From the NCBI GenBank assembly GCA_024680675.1, contig JAILBX010000208.1, forward strand, positions 18,493-82,492: a DNA stretch of 64,000 nucleotides, given 5' to 3'. The translations under genes were made by a program, and so were the position numbers. Origin of the DNA: Lachnospiraceae bacterium. GTDB taxonomy: Bacteria; Bacillota; Clostridia; Lachnospirales; Lachnospiraceae. The first letter of the stretch is position 1; each line of letters starts with the position of its first letter. Positions 1 to 9,771 of this stretch are shown piece by piece. The notes under the pieces were generated by a model. The model ran no database searches. It was not told where the DNA came from and saw nothing but the letters and a program-made list of their open reading frames with translations.

Positions 1-95
1 CCCTTTTTATCAATATATCTCAATATACATCCAAATCCCCCGGGGCCTTCAGGATTACCTCTTGCAGCTCCATCACTGTAAAGCTCCACCTTCAT
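1..95 (-). CDS. rnhA: ribonuclease HI, N-terminal fragment (continues past window edge)
   Basis: Absent from the ORF track because it is too short. A minus-strand ATG at 95 has an SD AAGAGGA about 10 nt upstream and lies 1 nt after the preceding stop. It reads [32 protein letters not shown], matching the RNase H1 N-terminal 'YTDGxxxGNPGxGGxG' signature. Confidence 0.6.
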   Translation of the reverse strand, partial: MKVELYSDGAARGNPEGPGGFGCILRYIDKK

Positions 96-96
96 A

Positions 97-1365
97 TCAG
101 CCTATCCTCTTGATTATCTCATTAGCCCTTCTGTAAATGTCCTCAGGCTCCTCTCCTATAAAATACTTTCCGTCTTCGTAAAGTATAGATCCGTGAACCA
201 TGGTCATTTTAACATTCATTTTAGATCCGCTGTAAACTATGTTTTTGGCGATATTATTTAAAGGCTGCATATTAGGCTGGTGCAGATCGATCATAATGAT
301 ATCTGCCTCCTTGTCAATATCCAGCACATCGGCGTCTGAAAGTCCCATAGCCTTGGCTCCGTTTACTGTTGCCATTTTAAGAACCTCTAAAGCATCCACT
401 GCAGACGCATCCTCAGTGGTAAGCTTTGCAAGACCCGTAACCAAAAACATTTCTCTGAACATATCAAGACAGTTGTTGGAGCTTGGTCCGTCTGTACCTA
501 TGGCTATATTTATTCCGGCATCCAGATATCTTTTGATTGGGGCAATACCGCTTGCAAGCTTTGTGTTGGAGCCGGGATTTGTTACTATATGAAGCTTTTT
601 GTTTTTAAAGATCTCCACATCCTTATCGGAGAAGTATACACAGTGGTAACCGCCGCCGCCGTAATCAAACATTCCAAGGGAATCCATTAATTCTGTGGGG
701 GTCTTACCATAACGATCCATACATTCCTTTACTTCAGTTTTTGTTTCGGAATTGTGGGCAAATAAAGGCTCCTTATACTTATGGGCAAGAGCCGAGATCT
801 TTTCAAGCAAGGGAAGATCACAGGTGTATTCCGCATGAAAACCAAGCCTGAAGGAGGATAAGGGATTACCTTCATTTATCTTTAAAAATCTTTCCTCCAG
901 CTCCTCAAGAGAGGGTCCGAATTTGTTTATACCACTGACCTGTACGAACTTCATACCTGTATCTTTTGCACATCTGGCTATGTCATAGGGAGCTAAGTAC
1001 ATATCGAAAACTGCAGTAACTCCGGAAGTTAAATACTCTAAAACTGCCAGCTTTGAAAGCTCATAACAATCCTCTCCCGTCATTTTTGCTTCCATGGGAA
1101 AGATCTTATTGTTAAGCCAATCCTGAAGAGCAAGGTCATCTGCATAGGATCTCATGGCTGTCATTCCGGAATGGGTATGGGCATTTTTAAAACCGGGCAT
1201 TAAAAGATTGCCCTTGCAATCTATCTCGCGATCAAACTTATCATTCCCTTCCTTTTCCTTACCTATATAGCTGATCTTATTGTCCTTTACATGAAGCTCA
1301 CCTTCATATATCTCTTCACCATCCTTCATGGACATGATCCTGGCATTTTTAAATCTTATCGTCAT
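97..1365 (-). CDS. mtaD: amidohydrolase-superfamily nucleoside deaminase (5'-methylthioadenosine/S-adenosylhomocysteine deaminase-like)
   Basis: 422-aa ORF. '[13 protein letters not shown]' (HxH metal site), '[11 protein letters not shown]', 'AHNSET' and 'IGTDG' are typical of the MtaD/ATZ-TRZ family. The gene sits in a nucleoside-salvage neighbourhood. Confidence 0.7.
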   Translation of the reverse strand: MTIRFKNARIMSMKDGEEIYEGELHVKDNKISYIGKEKEGNDKFDREIDCKGNLLMPGFKNAHTHSGMTAMRSYADDLALQDWLNNKIFPMEAKMTGEDCYELSKLAVLEYLTSGVTAVFDMYLAPYDIARCAKDTGMKFVQVSGINKFGPSLEELEERFLKINEGNPLSSFRLGFHAEYTCDLPLLEKISALAHKYKEPLFAHNSETKTEVKECMDRYGKTPTELMDSLGMFDYGGGGYHCVYFSDKDVEIFKNKKLHIVTNPGSNTKLASGIAPIKRYLDAGINIAIGTDGPSSNNCLDMFREMFLVTGLAKLTTEDASAVDALEVLKMATVNGAKAMGLSDADVLDIDKEADIIMIDLHQPNMQPLNNIAKNIVYSGSKMNVKMTMVHGSILYEDGKYFIGEEPEDIYRRANEIIKRIG

Positions 1366-1405
1366 ACAATACCTCCGAGTAAATATTATTGATTATTTTT
1401 CTCCC

Positions 1406-1828
1406 CTAAGAGAGATTATCCCTTGAAAAACCAAGGGGAAGAAGTTCTTTTAAAAGATATTCCCTATATTCATTTTCTGATCTGGCAACTATGACCTTAA
1501 AGCTGTCAGGATCAGTAAACTCACTTAAAACCTGCCTGCAGATACCGCAGGGATAGGCATAATCCTTCATAATATCCTTCCTGCAGTCAGCCTTGGAACC
1601 AACTATGGCTATTGCCTTAAAATTTACCTCACCTTCGCTTACCGCCTTAAACACAGCAGTTCTTTCGGCACAGTTGCTTGCTCCGTAAGAGGAATTCTCT
1701 ATATTACAGCCCTTGTATATCTTCCCGTTTTCGCACAAAAGGGCTGCCCCCACCTTATAGTCTGAATAGGGGGAGTATGATCTTTCTCTGGCTTTTAGAG
1801 CCTCATTTATCAACTTTTGAATATCCAT
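1406..1828 (-). CDS. cdd: cytidine deaminase
   Basis: 140 aa with zinc motifs 'CAERTAVF' and 'PCGICRQVL', the size and signature of homotetrameric Cdd. Confidence 0.9.
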   Translation of the reverse strand: MDIQKLINEALKARERSYSPYSDYKVGAALLCENGKIYKGCNIENSSYGASNCAERTAVFKAVSEGEVNFKAIAIVGSKADCRKDIMKDYAYPCGICRQVLSEFTDPDSFKVIVARSENEYREYLLKELLPLGFSRDNLS

Positions 1829-1845
1829 TTCATCCTTTTTAGCTT

Positions 1846-2931
1846 TTAATTTAATTCCAGGTAGGTTACCGTAGTGTTTATAAGTGTCAGATCAAAGGTA
1901 TTTCCAAAAGCCGTTGAAGCATAGGGCTCTATTTTTCCCTCTGCCAACTGACCGTAAATAGCATTATAGGTGTCCTGACTGAAGTTTTTAAACATGGAGC
2001 TCTCCATGGGCAGCCCCACACCTTCATTCAAAGCACTCATGCTTACTATCTCACCGCCTTTAAAATTACCTTCATAGAAATCCTTAACCCCCTGATAAGT
2101 GGCATTTGTCAGCTCCTTCATGGCTGAGGTGATAACCCTGTCGGATTCCATACCCTGATCCACATCAACTCCGATAACATAGCCTTCCTTCTCTTCCGCC
2201 GCCTTTATTACTGACCGGTTCATGGCGCCGCCGCAGGCAAAGATCACCTGAGTTCCCTGATCATACCAGGAAGCAGCAAGATTTTTCATATCCTCACTTT
2301 CGGTAAAGGTCATACCGTAGCAGTAATTGATATTTACGGAAACACCCAGCTCTATAGCAGCATAATCCGCTCCCTGAATAAAGCCATATCCATACTTTAT
2401 AACAGGATCCTGAGGGTTACCCCCAAGAAAGCCCAGACTTGTATAACCGTCTCTTACAGCGGCGTATCCTGCCAGAAATCCGGCCTGCTCCTCGGCAAAG
2501 ACCACTGCCCGGGTATTAGCTGCCACAGCCTCCTTTGAAAAATCCTTATTATGGGGAATTCCGTCTATCAGTAAAAAGCTTATGTCAGGATATTGATCCT
2601 GAACATCAAAAAGCACTTCATCAAAGATCTCCCCGGGAAGAACTATCATTTTGGCCCCCTGTTTAACTGCCTTTTTTATGGTCTTAAGATAGCTTTCTTC
2701 ATTGGATTCCTCAGGTTGATAAAAATTATAGCTGATGCCTGCTTCTTCTGCGTATTTTTTAATGCCCTCGTAGGTTCCCTGATTAAAGGATCCATCATAT
2801 ATGGTACCAAGATCAGTTACCATTATAACCTCAGCCTTTTCCCCGGAAGCGCAGGCGCTAAGCATGACGGACAATATAATTAAAAGTGAAAATAACTTAA
2901 AGCCTTTATTTCTTTTATGACCTGATCTCAT
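1846..2931 (-). CDS. BMP-family (PnrA/TmpC-like) nucleoside-binding lipoprotein
   Basis: Signal peptide with lipobox 'MLSAC'. The body resembles basic-membrane-protein ABC substrate-binding proteins. A 4-nt ATGA overlap joins it to punA. No ABC permease or ATPase genes are adjacent. Confidence 0.8.
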   Translation of the reverse strand: MRSGHKRNKGFKLFSLLIILSVMLSACASGEKAEVIMVTDLGTIYDGSFNQGTYEGIKKYAEEAGISYNFYQPEESNEESYLKTIKKAVKQGAKMIVLPGEIFDEVLFDVQDQYPDISFLLIDGIPHNKDFSKEAVAANTRAVVFAEEQAGFLAGYAAVRDGYTSLGFLGGNPQDPVIKYGYGFIQGADYAAIELGVSVNINYCYGMTFTESEDMKNLAASWYDQGTQVIFACGGAMNRSVIKAAEEKEGYVIGVDVDQGMESDRVITSAMKELTNATYQGVKDFYEGNFKGGEIVSMSALNEGVGLPMESSMFKNFSQDTYNAIYGQLAEGKIEPYASTAFGNTFDLTLINTTVTYLELN

Positions 2932-3770
2932 GACAAACCTTCAACCCTGCTAATGATCTCAAAAATCAGCTTTTTAAACTGTACGCCGGTTTTTGCAACT
3001 GCTTCCTGTATATCTTCATGCTTAAGCTTTTCTTTGGAGATTCCGGCAGCAAGGTTGCTGACACAGGAGATACCGCAGACCTCCATGCCCATATGGTTGG
3101 CGCAGATGGCTTCCACCACTGTACTCATACCTACGGCATCTGCTCCCATAGCCTTCAGCATCTGTATTTCAGCCGGACTCTCATAGGAAGGTCCCGTAAG
3201 CTGGACATAGACCCCTTCCTTAAGCTCTACGGAAAGCTCTGCCGCTACGGATTTAGCCAGATTACGAAGCTTTGTATTATAAATATCACTCATATCGGGG
3301 AATCTGAGCCCTAGCTCATCTATGTTTGGTCCTATAAGAGGATTTGGAGCAAAAATTGAGATGTGATCCTTTATAAGCATAAGATCACCAACCTTATAGC
3401 CATCCCCCATGCCTCCTGAAGCATTTGTTAAAAAGAGATATTTGGCGCCAAGCATTCCCATAAGCCTTATAGGCAATACCACATCAGAAATGCTGTAACC
3501 CTCATAGTAATGAACTCTTCCCTGCATAATGACTAAAGGGATATTGTTTACATGACAAAAAACAAACTGTCCCTTGTGTCCGGCTACAGTAGACACCGGG
3601 AAGCCTTCTATTTCGTTATACTTTATTATGCAGTCAATATCTATATCCTCCGCAAAGGCGCCCAAACCCGATCCTAACACCAGTGCTGCCAGAGGCTTGA
3701 AATCTGTTTTGCTCCTTACACATTCTACACATTTACATAATTTTTCATATCTTGGGTCACTCATAGTCAT
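2928..3770 (-). CDS. punA: purine nucleoside phosphorylase (PNP family 2, inosine/guanosine type)
   Basis: 280 aa with the motifs 'LGSGLG', 'STVAGHKGQFV', 'GRVHYYEG' and 'GMSTVVE'. Confidence 0.9.
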   Translation of the reverse strand: MTMSDPRYEKLCKCVECVRSKTDFKPLAALVLGSGLGAFAEDIDIDCIIKYNEIEGFPVSTVAGHKGQFVFCHVNNIPLVIMQGRVHYYEGYSISDVVLPIRLMGMLGAKYLFLTNASGGMGDGYKVGDLMLIKDHISIFAPNPLIGPNIDELGLRFPDMSDIYNTKLRNLAKSVAAELSVELKEGVYVQLTGPSYESPAEIQMLKAMGADAVGMSTVVEAICANHMGMEVCGISCVSNLAAGISKEKLKHEDIQEAVAKTGVQFKKLIFEIISRVEGLS

Positions 3771-3779
3771 CCTCCTTTT

Positions 3780-6572
3780 TTATTTTATCAGTTCCAGTAA
3801 TTCTTTTGTTTTATCCTTTGCTTTAAAGTATTCAAAGGTATCAAAATCATTTTTTATAGCTCTTACGGCCTTGTTGACCTCATGGCTGTAATTATGTTCG
3901 GCTATGGAATTTAGAAGCTTTTCCGCATTTTTTAAGTCAAACCTGTCCATAAAGGCGTATAGCTCTTCAAGGGAAGAGATATCTAATTTTTCCTCATCCT
4001 TCCTTGAAGTGTCTTCACTTTCGGTCTCTAAAAGACCATTTTCCTGAAGATAGTGATTAACAGTCATGAGGAGATCCTTGAAATTAAGTATAACATCTGT
4101 GAGATTTTTTTCAATGAAATCCCTGCTCCCGTCCTTTCCTGCCATTTCAAACTGTTTGAAATGTGAAGATATTCCTGTGGCTCCGACAGAGGCTGAGCTG
4201 CTTTTTAAGGCGTGAACGGTAGTTGTAAAAAGCTGAAGATCCCCTTCCTTTGACATTTCTTCAATTCTGTCTATCTTTTCTATGCCTTCACAGTAATAGG
4301 TAAGGAGTATCTGATCATATATTTCCTTATCTCCGCCTATATTTTCCAAGCCCAGGTTAATATCAAAGATAAGAGGATCTGCGGAAAGATCATATTGAGG
4401 CGGCTCCTTTGCTCCCTCTATACCGCTCTTGCCCCCATTTTCAGGAGCATAATAGGGATCTTCGAAAATAACCTTTTCCTTTGGAAGATATTTTACAAGG
4501 ATATTTTCAAGTGCTAAGCTTTTTACCGGTTTACTTATATAGTCACTGAAGCCTTCGTTTATCAGCTCTTTCCTGATGTCTCTCCCTATTTCCGATGAGA
4601 TTCCTATAACCGGGATCAGGGACTTGTCCCCCTCTGATTCCTTAATATGCTTAAGGGTACTTAAGCCATCCATTCCCGGCATCCTGTGATCTAAAAAAAC
4701 AATGTCATAATCTTTATTTTTTAAGTATTCCAGACATTTCTCACCGCTTACAACCGTATCTGTACTGATCTTAAAGTTATCAAAGATTGCAGATATAAGC
4801 TTAAGGTTTATCAGGGAATCATCCACTACAAGCGCTTTGGTATCTTTAAATACTGCCTTCTTTCGGCTGCCCTCAAGTCTGTGATCGTTTCTTACATAGC
4901 TTCCGTTAAGTATTTCCGACACCGTTATAGAGTTCATAGGAGAAAGAACGGCATTAAAGGTATTGAGATTATCATTTTTCCTTTTATGCTCTATGATGAC
5001 ATAAGTAATATCTTCAAGGTGGTTTTCATATATAAGCTCCTTGATCTTAACATAGTCCTTTATCCTTATAAAAATATGAGTATATTTCCTGCTGGCTACT
5101 GAATCCTTAAAGGTCAGAGGGGAAAGAACATAGTCGGGACTTATGGATATGTTGTCAAAAAGAGGCTTCCATACATTTGTATCCTCCTTGGAATGAAGAT
5201 AAACCAAAACTCTCTTTATAGGCTCGGTCTTTACTGTAACCATAGGAAGCTCATTAAGAATATAGTTTTCAAAAGAAAACCTGATGGATATACCAACACC
5301 CTTAACAGATTCAATTTTCAGGCTGCCCCCCATTAAATGAAGCAGCTCCTCACAAATTGAGATCTCAAGCCCCATACCCTTAAGATCTGAATCCATTCTT
5401 GAGTCAAGTCTTTTATAAGCACCAAGCAGGGACTCGATTTCTTCATCTGTAAGACCATTTCCGGCTTCTGAAATGCTGCATTCCAATCTGACGGAGTTTT
5501 TTTCGCTGAGATATTCGCACCTTATATCAATCGATACCCTGTATCTCACATCATGCTGCAGTGAATTTTCCAAAAGGAAGGTAAAGATATGCTTTATGGA
5601 TGCTTCATCACCATAAAGGGTCTTTGGTATATTTGCGTCAATATAAGCGTAAACATCAATATTTGATACTAAAGCGACCATTCTGAAATTATCAAGACTA
5701 TCGCTTATCAGGTCATAGAAGCTGTATGCGGAATTTTCAAGCTTCCAGCTGCCGGCATCAAGTCTTGAATATATAAGGGCATCATTAACTATTCTTGAAA
5801 GCTGATTGGAGGCTTCCTTTATATTTTCAGCCTCCTCCTTTTCCTCCGGACTAAGCTCCTCCTTGAGGAGAAGCTCATTCATGTTGATTATGGCGTTCAT
5901 GGGAGTTTTTATTTCAAAGGTCATGTTAGCCAAAAATTTTGACTTGCTAAGGTCTGTTTTTCTGATGATATCATCAGCCTCCCTTATATTTTTTAAAACA
6001 TTGGAATGTATGATACTCTGATAAGTCAGTACAAATATAAGTATAAAGGCGCCTACAAAGAAGTTTGAATATATTATGATGTTGTTTGAGGAGATCTCTC
6101 TGTAGTATTGAAAAAGCTCAGGATTATTATAAACAAAAATAATTATAAAGAGATCCCATACTGCTGTTATCAGCACATGAAAGTAAAGGGCAGGTGGATC
6201 CACGAGATAAAAAATAAGAATAAAGCCCATAACAAGGTAAAGCATGCTGTAGGAATATATGTCGCCTGACATGAGAAAGAAAAGGGGAAATATTATTATA
6301 TTTACAGCCACAGAAAAGGAATGAACAAGTTTTTTGTACTCCTTATAAACAATACCAAGATAAACCATGCAAATACAGATAAGCAAAAAAGCCCCATAGG
6401 GAATATTGACAAAAAGGGGTCTTTTTATGATTAAATTAAGAATAATAAAGTAAATACAGGCAGTGATGCCAAAGCCGGTACAAAAGGCTAAATTTCTGAC
6501 ATCCTGATCTGCATCTTCGCTGAATATAAAATACTGTATTTTCTTGATGATGTTTTCTTTCTTTTTATTCAT
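3780..6572 (-). CDS. hybrid sensor kinase-like protein (polytopic TM sensor, DHp, HATPase, REC, Hpt) with the acceptor His replaced
   Basis: The H-box reads 'NMTFEIKTPMN' (Phe at the His position). The HATPase region keeps 'LLENSL', 'SEAGNGL' and 'KGMGLEISI'. The REC domain has 'FLDHRMPGMDG' and the Hpt has 'HALKSSSASVG'. The start is ambiguous among 6587, 6581 and 6572; I chose ATG 6572 (MNKKKEN), which overlaps the upstream stop as ATGAATAA. Confidence 0.8.
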   Translation of the reverse strand: MNKKKENIIKKIQYFIFSEDADQDVRNLAFCTGFGITACIYFIILNLIIKRPLFVNIPYGAFLLICICMVYLGIVYKEYKKLVHSFSVAVNIIIFPLFFLMSGDIYSYSMLYLVMGFILIFYLVDPPALYFHVLITAVWDLFIIIFVYNNPELFQYYREISSNNIIIYSNFFVGAFILIFVLTYQSIIHSNVLKNIREADDIIRKTDLSKSKFLANMTFEIKTPMNAIINMNELLLKEELSPEEKEEAENIKEASNQLSRIVNDALIYSRLDAGSWKLENSAYSFYDLISDSLDNFRMVALVSNIDVYAYIDANIPKTLYGDEASIKHIFTFLLENSLQHDVRYRVSIDIRCEYLSEKNSVRLECSISEAGNGLTDEEIESLLGAYKRLDSRMDSDLKGMGLEISICEELLHLMGGSLKIESVKGVGISIRFSFENYILNELPMVTVKTEPIKRVLVYLHSKEDTNVWKPLFDNISISPDYVLSPLTFKDSVASRKYTHIFIRIKDYVKIKELIYENHLEDITYVIIEHKRKNDNLNTFNAVLSPMNSITVSEILNGSYVRNDHRLEGSRKKAVFKDTKALVVDDSLINLKLISAIFDNFKISTDTVVSGEKCLEYLKNKDYDIVFLDHRMPGMDGLSTLKHIKESEGDKSLIPVIGISSEIGRDIRKELINEGFSDYISKPVKSLALENILVKYLPKEKVIFEDPYYAPENGGKSGIEGAKEPPQYDLSADPLIFDINLGLENIGGDKEIYDQILLTYYCEGIEKIDRIEEMSKEGDLQLFTTTVHALKSSSASVGATGISSHFKQFEMAGKDGSRDFIEKNLTDVILNFKDLLMTVNHYLQENGLLETESEDTSRKDEEKLDISSLEELYAFMDRFDLKNAEKLLNSIAEHNYSHEVNKAVRAIKNDFDTFEYFKAKDKTKELLELIK

Positions 6573-8688
6573 CACTGGCATCCACAATTTGAATTTTTTC
6601 TTTTGGCAGGAGGATCTTAAGACTTTTCTCCAGCTTGGATATATTGATGGGTTTTGCTATATAGTCATCAAAGCCCTTATCAAAAAACATTTCTCTTGCT
6701 CCGTTAACTACATTGGCTGTCAGGGCTATCACAGGTATCTCCCTGTATTTTAGATCAGGCAGTATTCTTATGGCATGCAAAGTATCTACCCCATCCATAT
6801 CAGGCATCATATAATCCAGGAAGATAAGATCGTAATCCTCCTTTTGAATGAGCTCTAAAGCTTCCCTCCCCGATAAAGCGGTATTAACTGTGGCTTTATA
6901 TTTTTCAAGGAGATTTTTGGCAACCATAAGGTTGGTTATATTATCATCAACCACCAGTATATTTACATCGGGAATCCTTATGGTATTTTCCCTGGATCTG
7001 CTGTAATTTAAGTAAACACCGGAAGTACCCTTAAGTATATTGGTAAGGTTCAATAACTGAAGGGGGCGCATTAATACAAGACCCTTTTCATTCAGCTTAA
7101 GGGAATCGGACAGAGTTGAGATAACCGCCAGCTCTTTATCAGCATCCTCAGCCAAAAGCTCTTTTATTTCCATGTAGTTTTCATTGGCAATAAATACATG
7201 ACTGTATCTGTCTTCTTTATATTCCTGCAAAAAAGTTTCATTATCTCTTACACTGAGGGAAGGTATGGAAAGCTCCGTTAAAAGCTCCTCAAGATTTTTA
7301 GTGCTGTAATCATCCTTTTCGTATATAAGAACATTGTATTTATTATTTTCTTCCACACTTATTATCTTCTCTTCGGACTCAACCTTTTGAGGAAGCCTGG
7401 CCAGTATGAAAACTCCTGTTTCATCCCCATTCCCCATTGTTATGCTGCCATCCATGCAGTCAAGGATCTCCTTGCAGATATTCAGACTCATGTCTGTAAA
7501 TTCCTTAAGATTCTGATTTCTTGACCTTGGATCATTGTAATAGGGATCACTTTTAATTTCAGATAATGCTGCATCACTTGCCGTATTTTTACTTTCATAT
7601 ACACTGAAAATAAGATCTATCTCACTATTTCTTTTGTAAAGGCAGCTTATCTCTAAAGTCAGGGACTTATGCTCAGCACTTTTTAAAGCATAATTTATGA
7701 TATTTATAAAGAGCTGTCTCAGCTTTGCCGTATCAGAATAAAGATATCTGGGTATATCCTTATGGATGTTAATGCTAAATTCAATATCTGATTCTGAAAG
7801 CCTTACTGTGACCATATCTATTATCTCAGCAAGAAATTCTCTTATATCATATCTGCTGTTGTATATAACCACTTCCTGCCGGCTGCTTTTGGATATATCC
7901 ATTATCTCATTTATAAGGGATAAGAGAGCCGTCCCTGAATTATAGATCCCATAAAGATTATTTCTTGCGGCTTCATTTATCTCTCTGTCTAAAAGAAGCT
8001 CGGTATTGCCTATTATGGCATTCATGGGAGTCCTTATTTCATGAGACATATTAACCAGAAAGATATCCTGCATATTACTTGCATTTAATACATCTTCATG
8101 GATCTTTCTGTAGGTGCTTTTCTCCACTTTCAATATATGCTTTTTATAAAGTATAACGATCCCGCTTACCGTCACAACAAAAACGAAGGCTATTATCAGG
8201 GTACACAGATCCCTGAAATCCATAAGGAGACCCTTCTTCATTTTTGTAAGCCCATGATTGGCAGCATATAAAAGAATAATATCCGCAACCATATCAACAG
8301 CACTTAAAAAAATGGACCAGGTTTTTGGAAGAACAAGATTGTTGTAAAGTAAACCAAAAAGAAAATAGATGGGTATGATACATGCGGATCTGTTATAGGT
8401 AAAGAAAATGATGGGGAAAAATACCAGATTCAGCATGACGGACATGGCTACTCCACAGGCCACGAAATGATTTGTTCTATTGGCCTCGTAAAGAGTAAAC
8501 ATAGAAAAGGTTGCGGCGCAAAAGGCTATACCAAAGGCCTGTTCACTATCCATAAAAAAATAGATCAAAAAGAGAAATACAACAGAAACAATGCCCATTA
8601 TCAAATGGGTCACATTAAAGATATGATGCTCCGAAGGGAGATCCTTTCCAAAGTATTTTTCTTTATAATCCTCAAAGATCCTTAACAT
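6565..8688 (-). CDS. hybrid sensor histidine kinase (polytopic TM sensor, DHp, degenerate HATPase, REC)
   Basis: The H-box 'NMSHEIRTPMN' is canonical and an N-box-like 'INIINYALK' is present. The G1 and G2 positions read 'SVYESKNTAS' and 'EFTDMSLNICKEIL', with no glycines. The REC domain has 'FLDYMMPDMDG'. An SD AAGGAAG lies upstream of ATG 8688. Confidence 0.8.
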   Translation of the reverse strand: MLRIFEDYKEKYFGKDLPSEHHIFNVTHLIMGIVSVVFLFLIYFFMDSEQAFGIAFCAATFSMFTLYEANRTNHFVACGVAMSVMLNLVFFPIIFFTYNRSACIIPIYFLFGLLYNNLVLPKTWSIFLSAVDMVADIILLYAANHGLTKMKKGLLMDFRDLCTLIIAFVFVVTVSGIVILYKKHILKVEKSTYRKIHEDVLNASNMQDIFLVNMSHEIRTPMNAIIGNTELLLDREINEAARNNLYGIYNSGTALLSLINEIMDISKSSRQEVVIYNSRYDIREFLAEIIDMVTVRLSESDIEFSINIHKDIPRYLYSDTAKLRQLFINIINYALKSAEHKSLTLEISCLYKRNSEIDLIFSVYESKNTASDAALSEIKSDPYYNDPRSRNQNLKEFTDMSLNICKEILDCMDGSITMGNGDETGVFILARLPQKVESEEKIISVEENNKYNVLIYEKDDYSTKNLEELLTELSIPSLSVRDNETFLQEYKEDRYSHVFIANENYMEIKELLAEDADKELAVISTLSDSLKLNEKGLVLMRPLQLLNLTNILKGTSGVYLNYSRSRENTIRIPDVNILVVDDNITNLMVAKNLLEKYKATVNTALSGREALELIQKEDYDLIFLDYMMPDMDGVDTLHAIRILPDLKYREIPVIALTANVVNGAREMFFDKGFDDYIAKPINISKLEKSLKILLPKEKIQIVDASDE

Positions 8689-8709
8689 TTGTCTAGACTT
8701 CCTTTTAAA

Positions 8710-9762
8710 TTAAAGAAGAGTTTTCATCTGATTACCAAGCATTAGAAATACATCAACAAGATCCGGATCAAAGTGTGTACCGGCCCAAAGCTTTATTCTG
8801 TTCATGGCCTGTTCGTGACTGAGTGGTTCCTGACCATCGTTGTCATGTCTGAAATTATCATAACTGTTTACAATAGCCAGTATTCTGGCAACAAAGGGAA
8901 TATTTGTGGACATAAGTCTGTCCGGATAGCCTTTTCCGTCCCATCTTTCATGGTGGTATCTGCACATATTGTAGGTATAGGTCAGAAACTGATTTTCGGA
9001 AATGGCATCGATAACCCTTCTGACAGCCTCTGCACCCAAAACAGTATGGGCATGATTATATTCCTTCTCAGCCAGTGTCAGGTCACCAAGATTTGCCAGA
9101 CAGCGATCAGGCATACACATTTTACCAAGATCATGCATTTTAGACGCAAAGATTATTATTTTAAGATCCTCTTCCTTGATGCCAAAATGTCCCATGGCCG
9201 CCAGCTTATTGAGAAAGACCTCCATGTAACGGGAGACTCTGTCACAATGATCGGAAACTATGATGGAACGACTGGACATAAGGGAGGTGAACATTTCAAC
9301 TATGGCAAATTCCAACTCCACTATATTATGAATTTTATCATTCAAAGTCTTGGAAAGGGTATCATTATACCTTTTAAGTCTTCTTTCCTGTTCAAGGACC
9401 TGAACGTGAAGATCTATCCTTTTTCTAAGTATTGCGGTTGTGTAGGGTTTTTTAATGTAATCGGTTGCCCCAAGATTGTATCCCTCAATTTCAGTTGTGG
9501 AATCTGTATGTGCAGTAAGAAAGATCACAGGTATGTGAGACAGCTTTGGGGTATTTTTGACCTCAGATAATACAAAAAAGCCGTTAATGTCAGGCATATC
9601 GATATCCAGCATTATAAGATCGGGAAGATCCGGCATTTCACGCAGAAACTGTAAGGCCATGGTTCCGGTAGAAATGGGTACTATATCATAAATATCCTCA
9701 AGTACCTTTTTTGCCATGATAAGATTGGTCATATTATCATCTATTATCATTATCTTATACAT
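8710..9762 (-). CDS. response regulator with HD-GYP domain (putative c-di-GMP phosphodiesterase, RpfG-like)
   Basis: N-terminal REC ('IMLDIDMPDING'), then an HD-GYP domain with 'HDLGK' and 'HHERWDGKGYP' intact. Confidence 0.85.
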   Translation of the reverse strand: MYKIMIIDDNMTNLIMAKKVLEDIYDIVPISTGTMALQFLREMPDLPDLIMLDIDMPDINGFFVLSEVKNTPKLSHIPVIFLTAHTDSTTEIEGYNLGATDYIKKPYTTAILRKRIDLHVQVLEQERRLKRYNDTLSKTLNDKIHNIVELEFAIVEMFTSLMSSRSIIVSDHCDRVSRYMEVFLNKLAAMGHFGIKEEDLKIIIFASKMHDLGKMCMPDRCLANLGDLTLAEKEYNHAHTVLGAEAVRRVIDAISENQFLTYTYNMCRYHHERWDGKGYPDRLMSTNIPFVARILAIVNSYDNFRHDNDGQEPLSHEQAMNRIKLWAGTHFDPDLVDVFLMLGNQMKTLL

Positions 9763-9771
9763 ATCTATACC

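Noticed and set aside
8773-9570. A 265-aa plus-strand ORF antisense to the HD-GYP regulator. Similar long antisense ORFs occur at 25235..26039, 29388..29996, 51060..51773 and 59427..59993.
   Set aside because: Each lies opposite a minus-strand gene with strong, motif-level family identity. The antisense translations are low-complexity with no recognisable motifs, and none has an SD. They are best explained as frame artefacts of AT-rich, stop-poor antisense strands.
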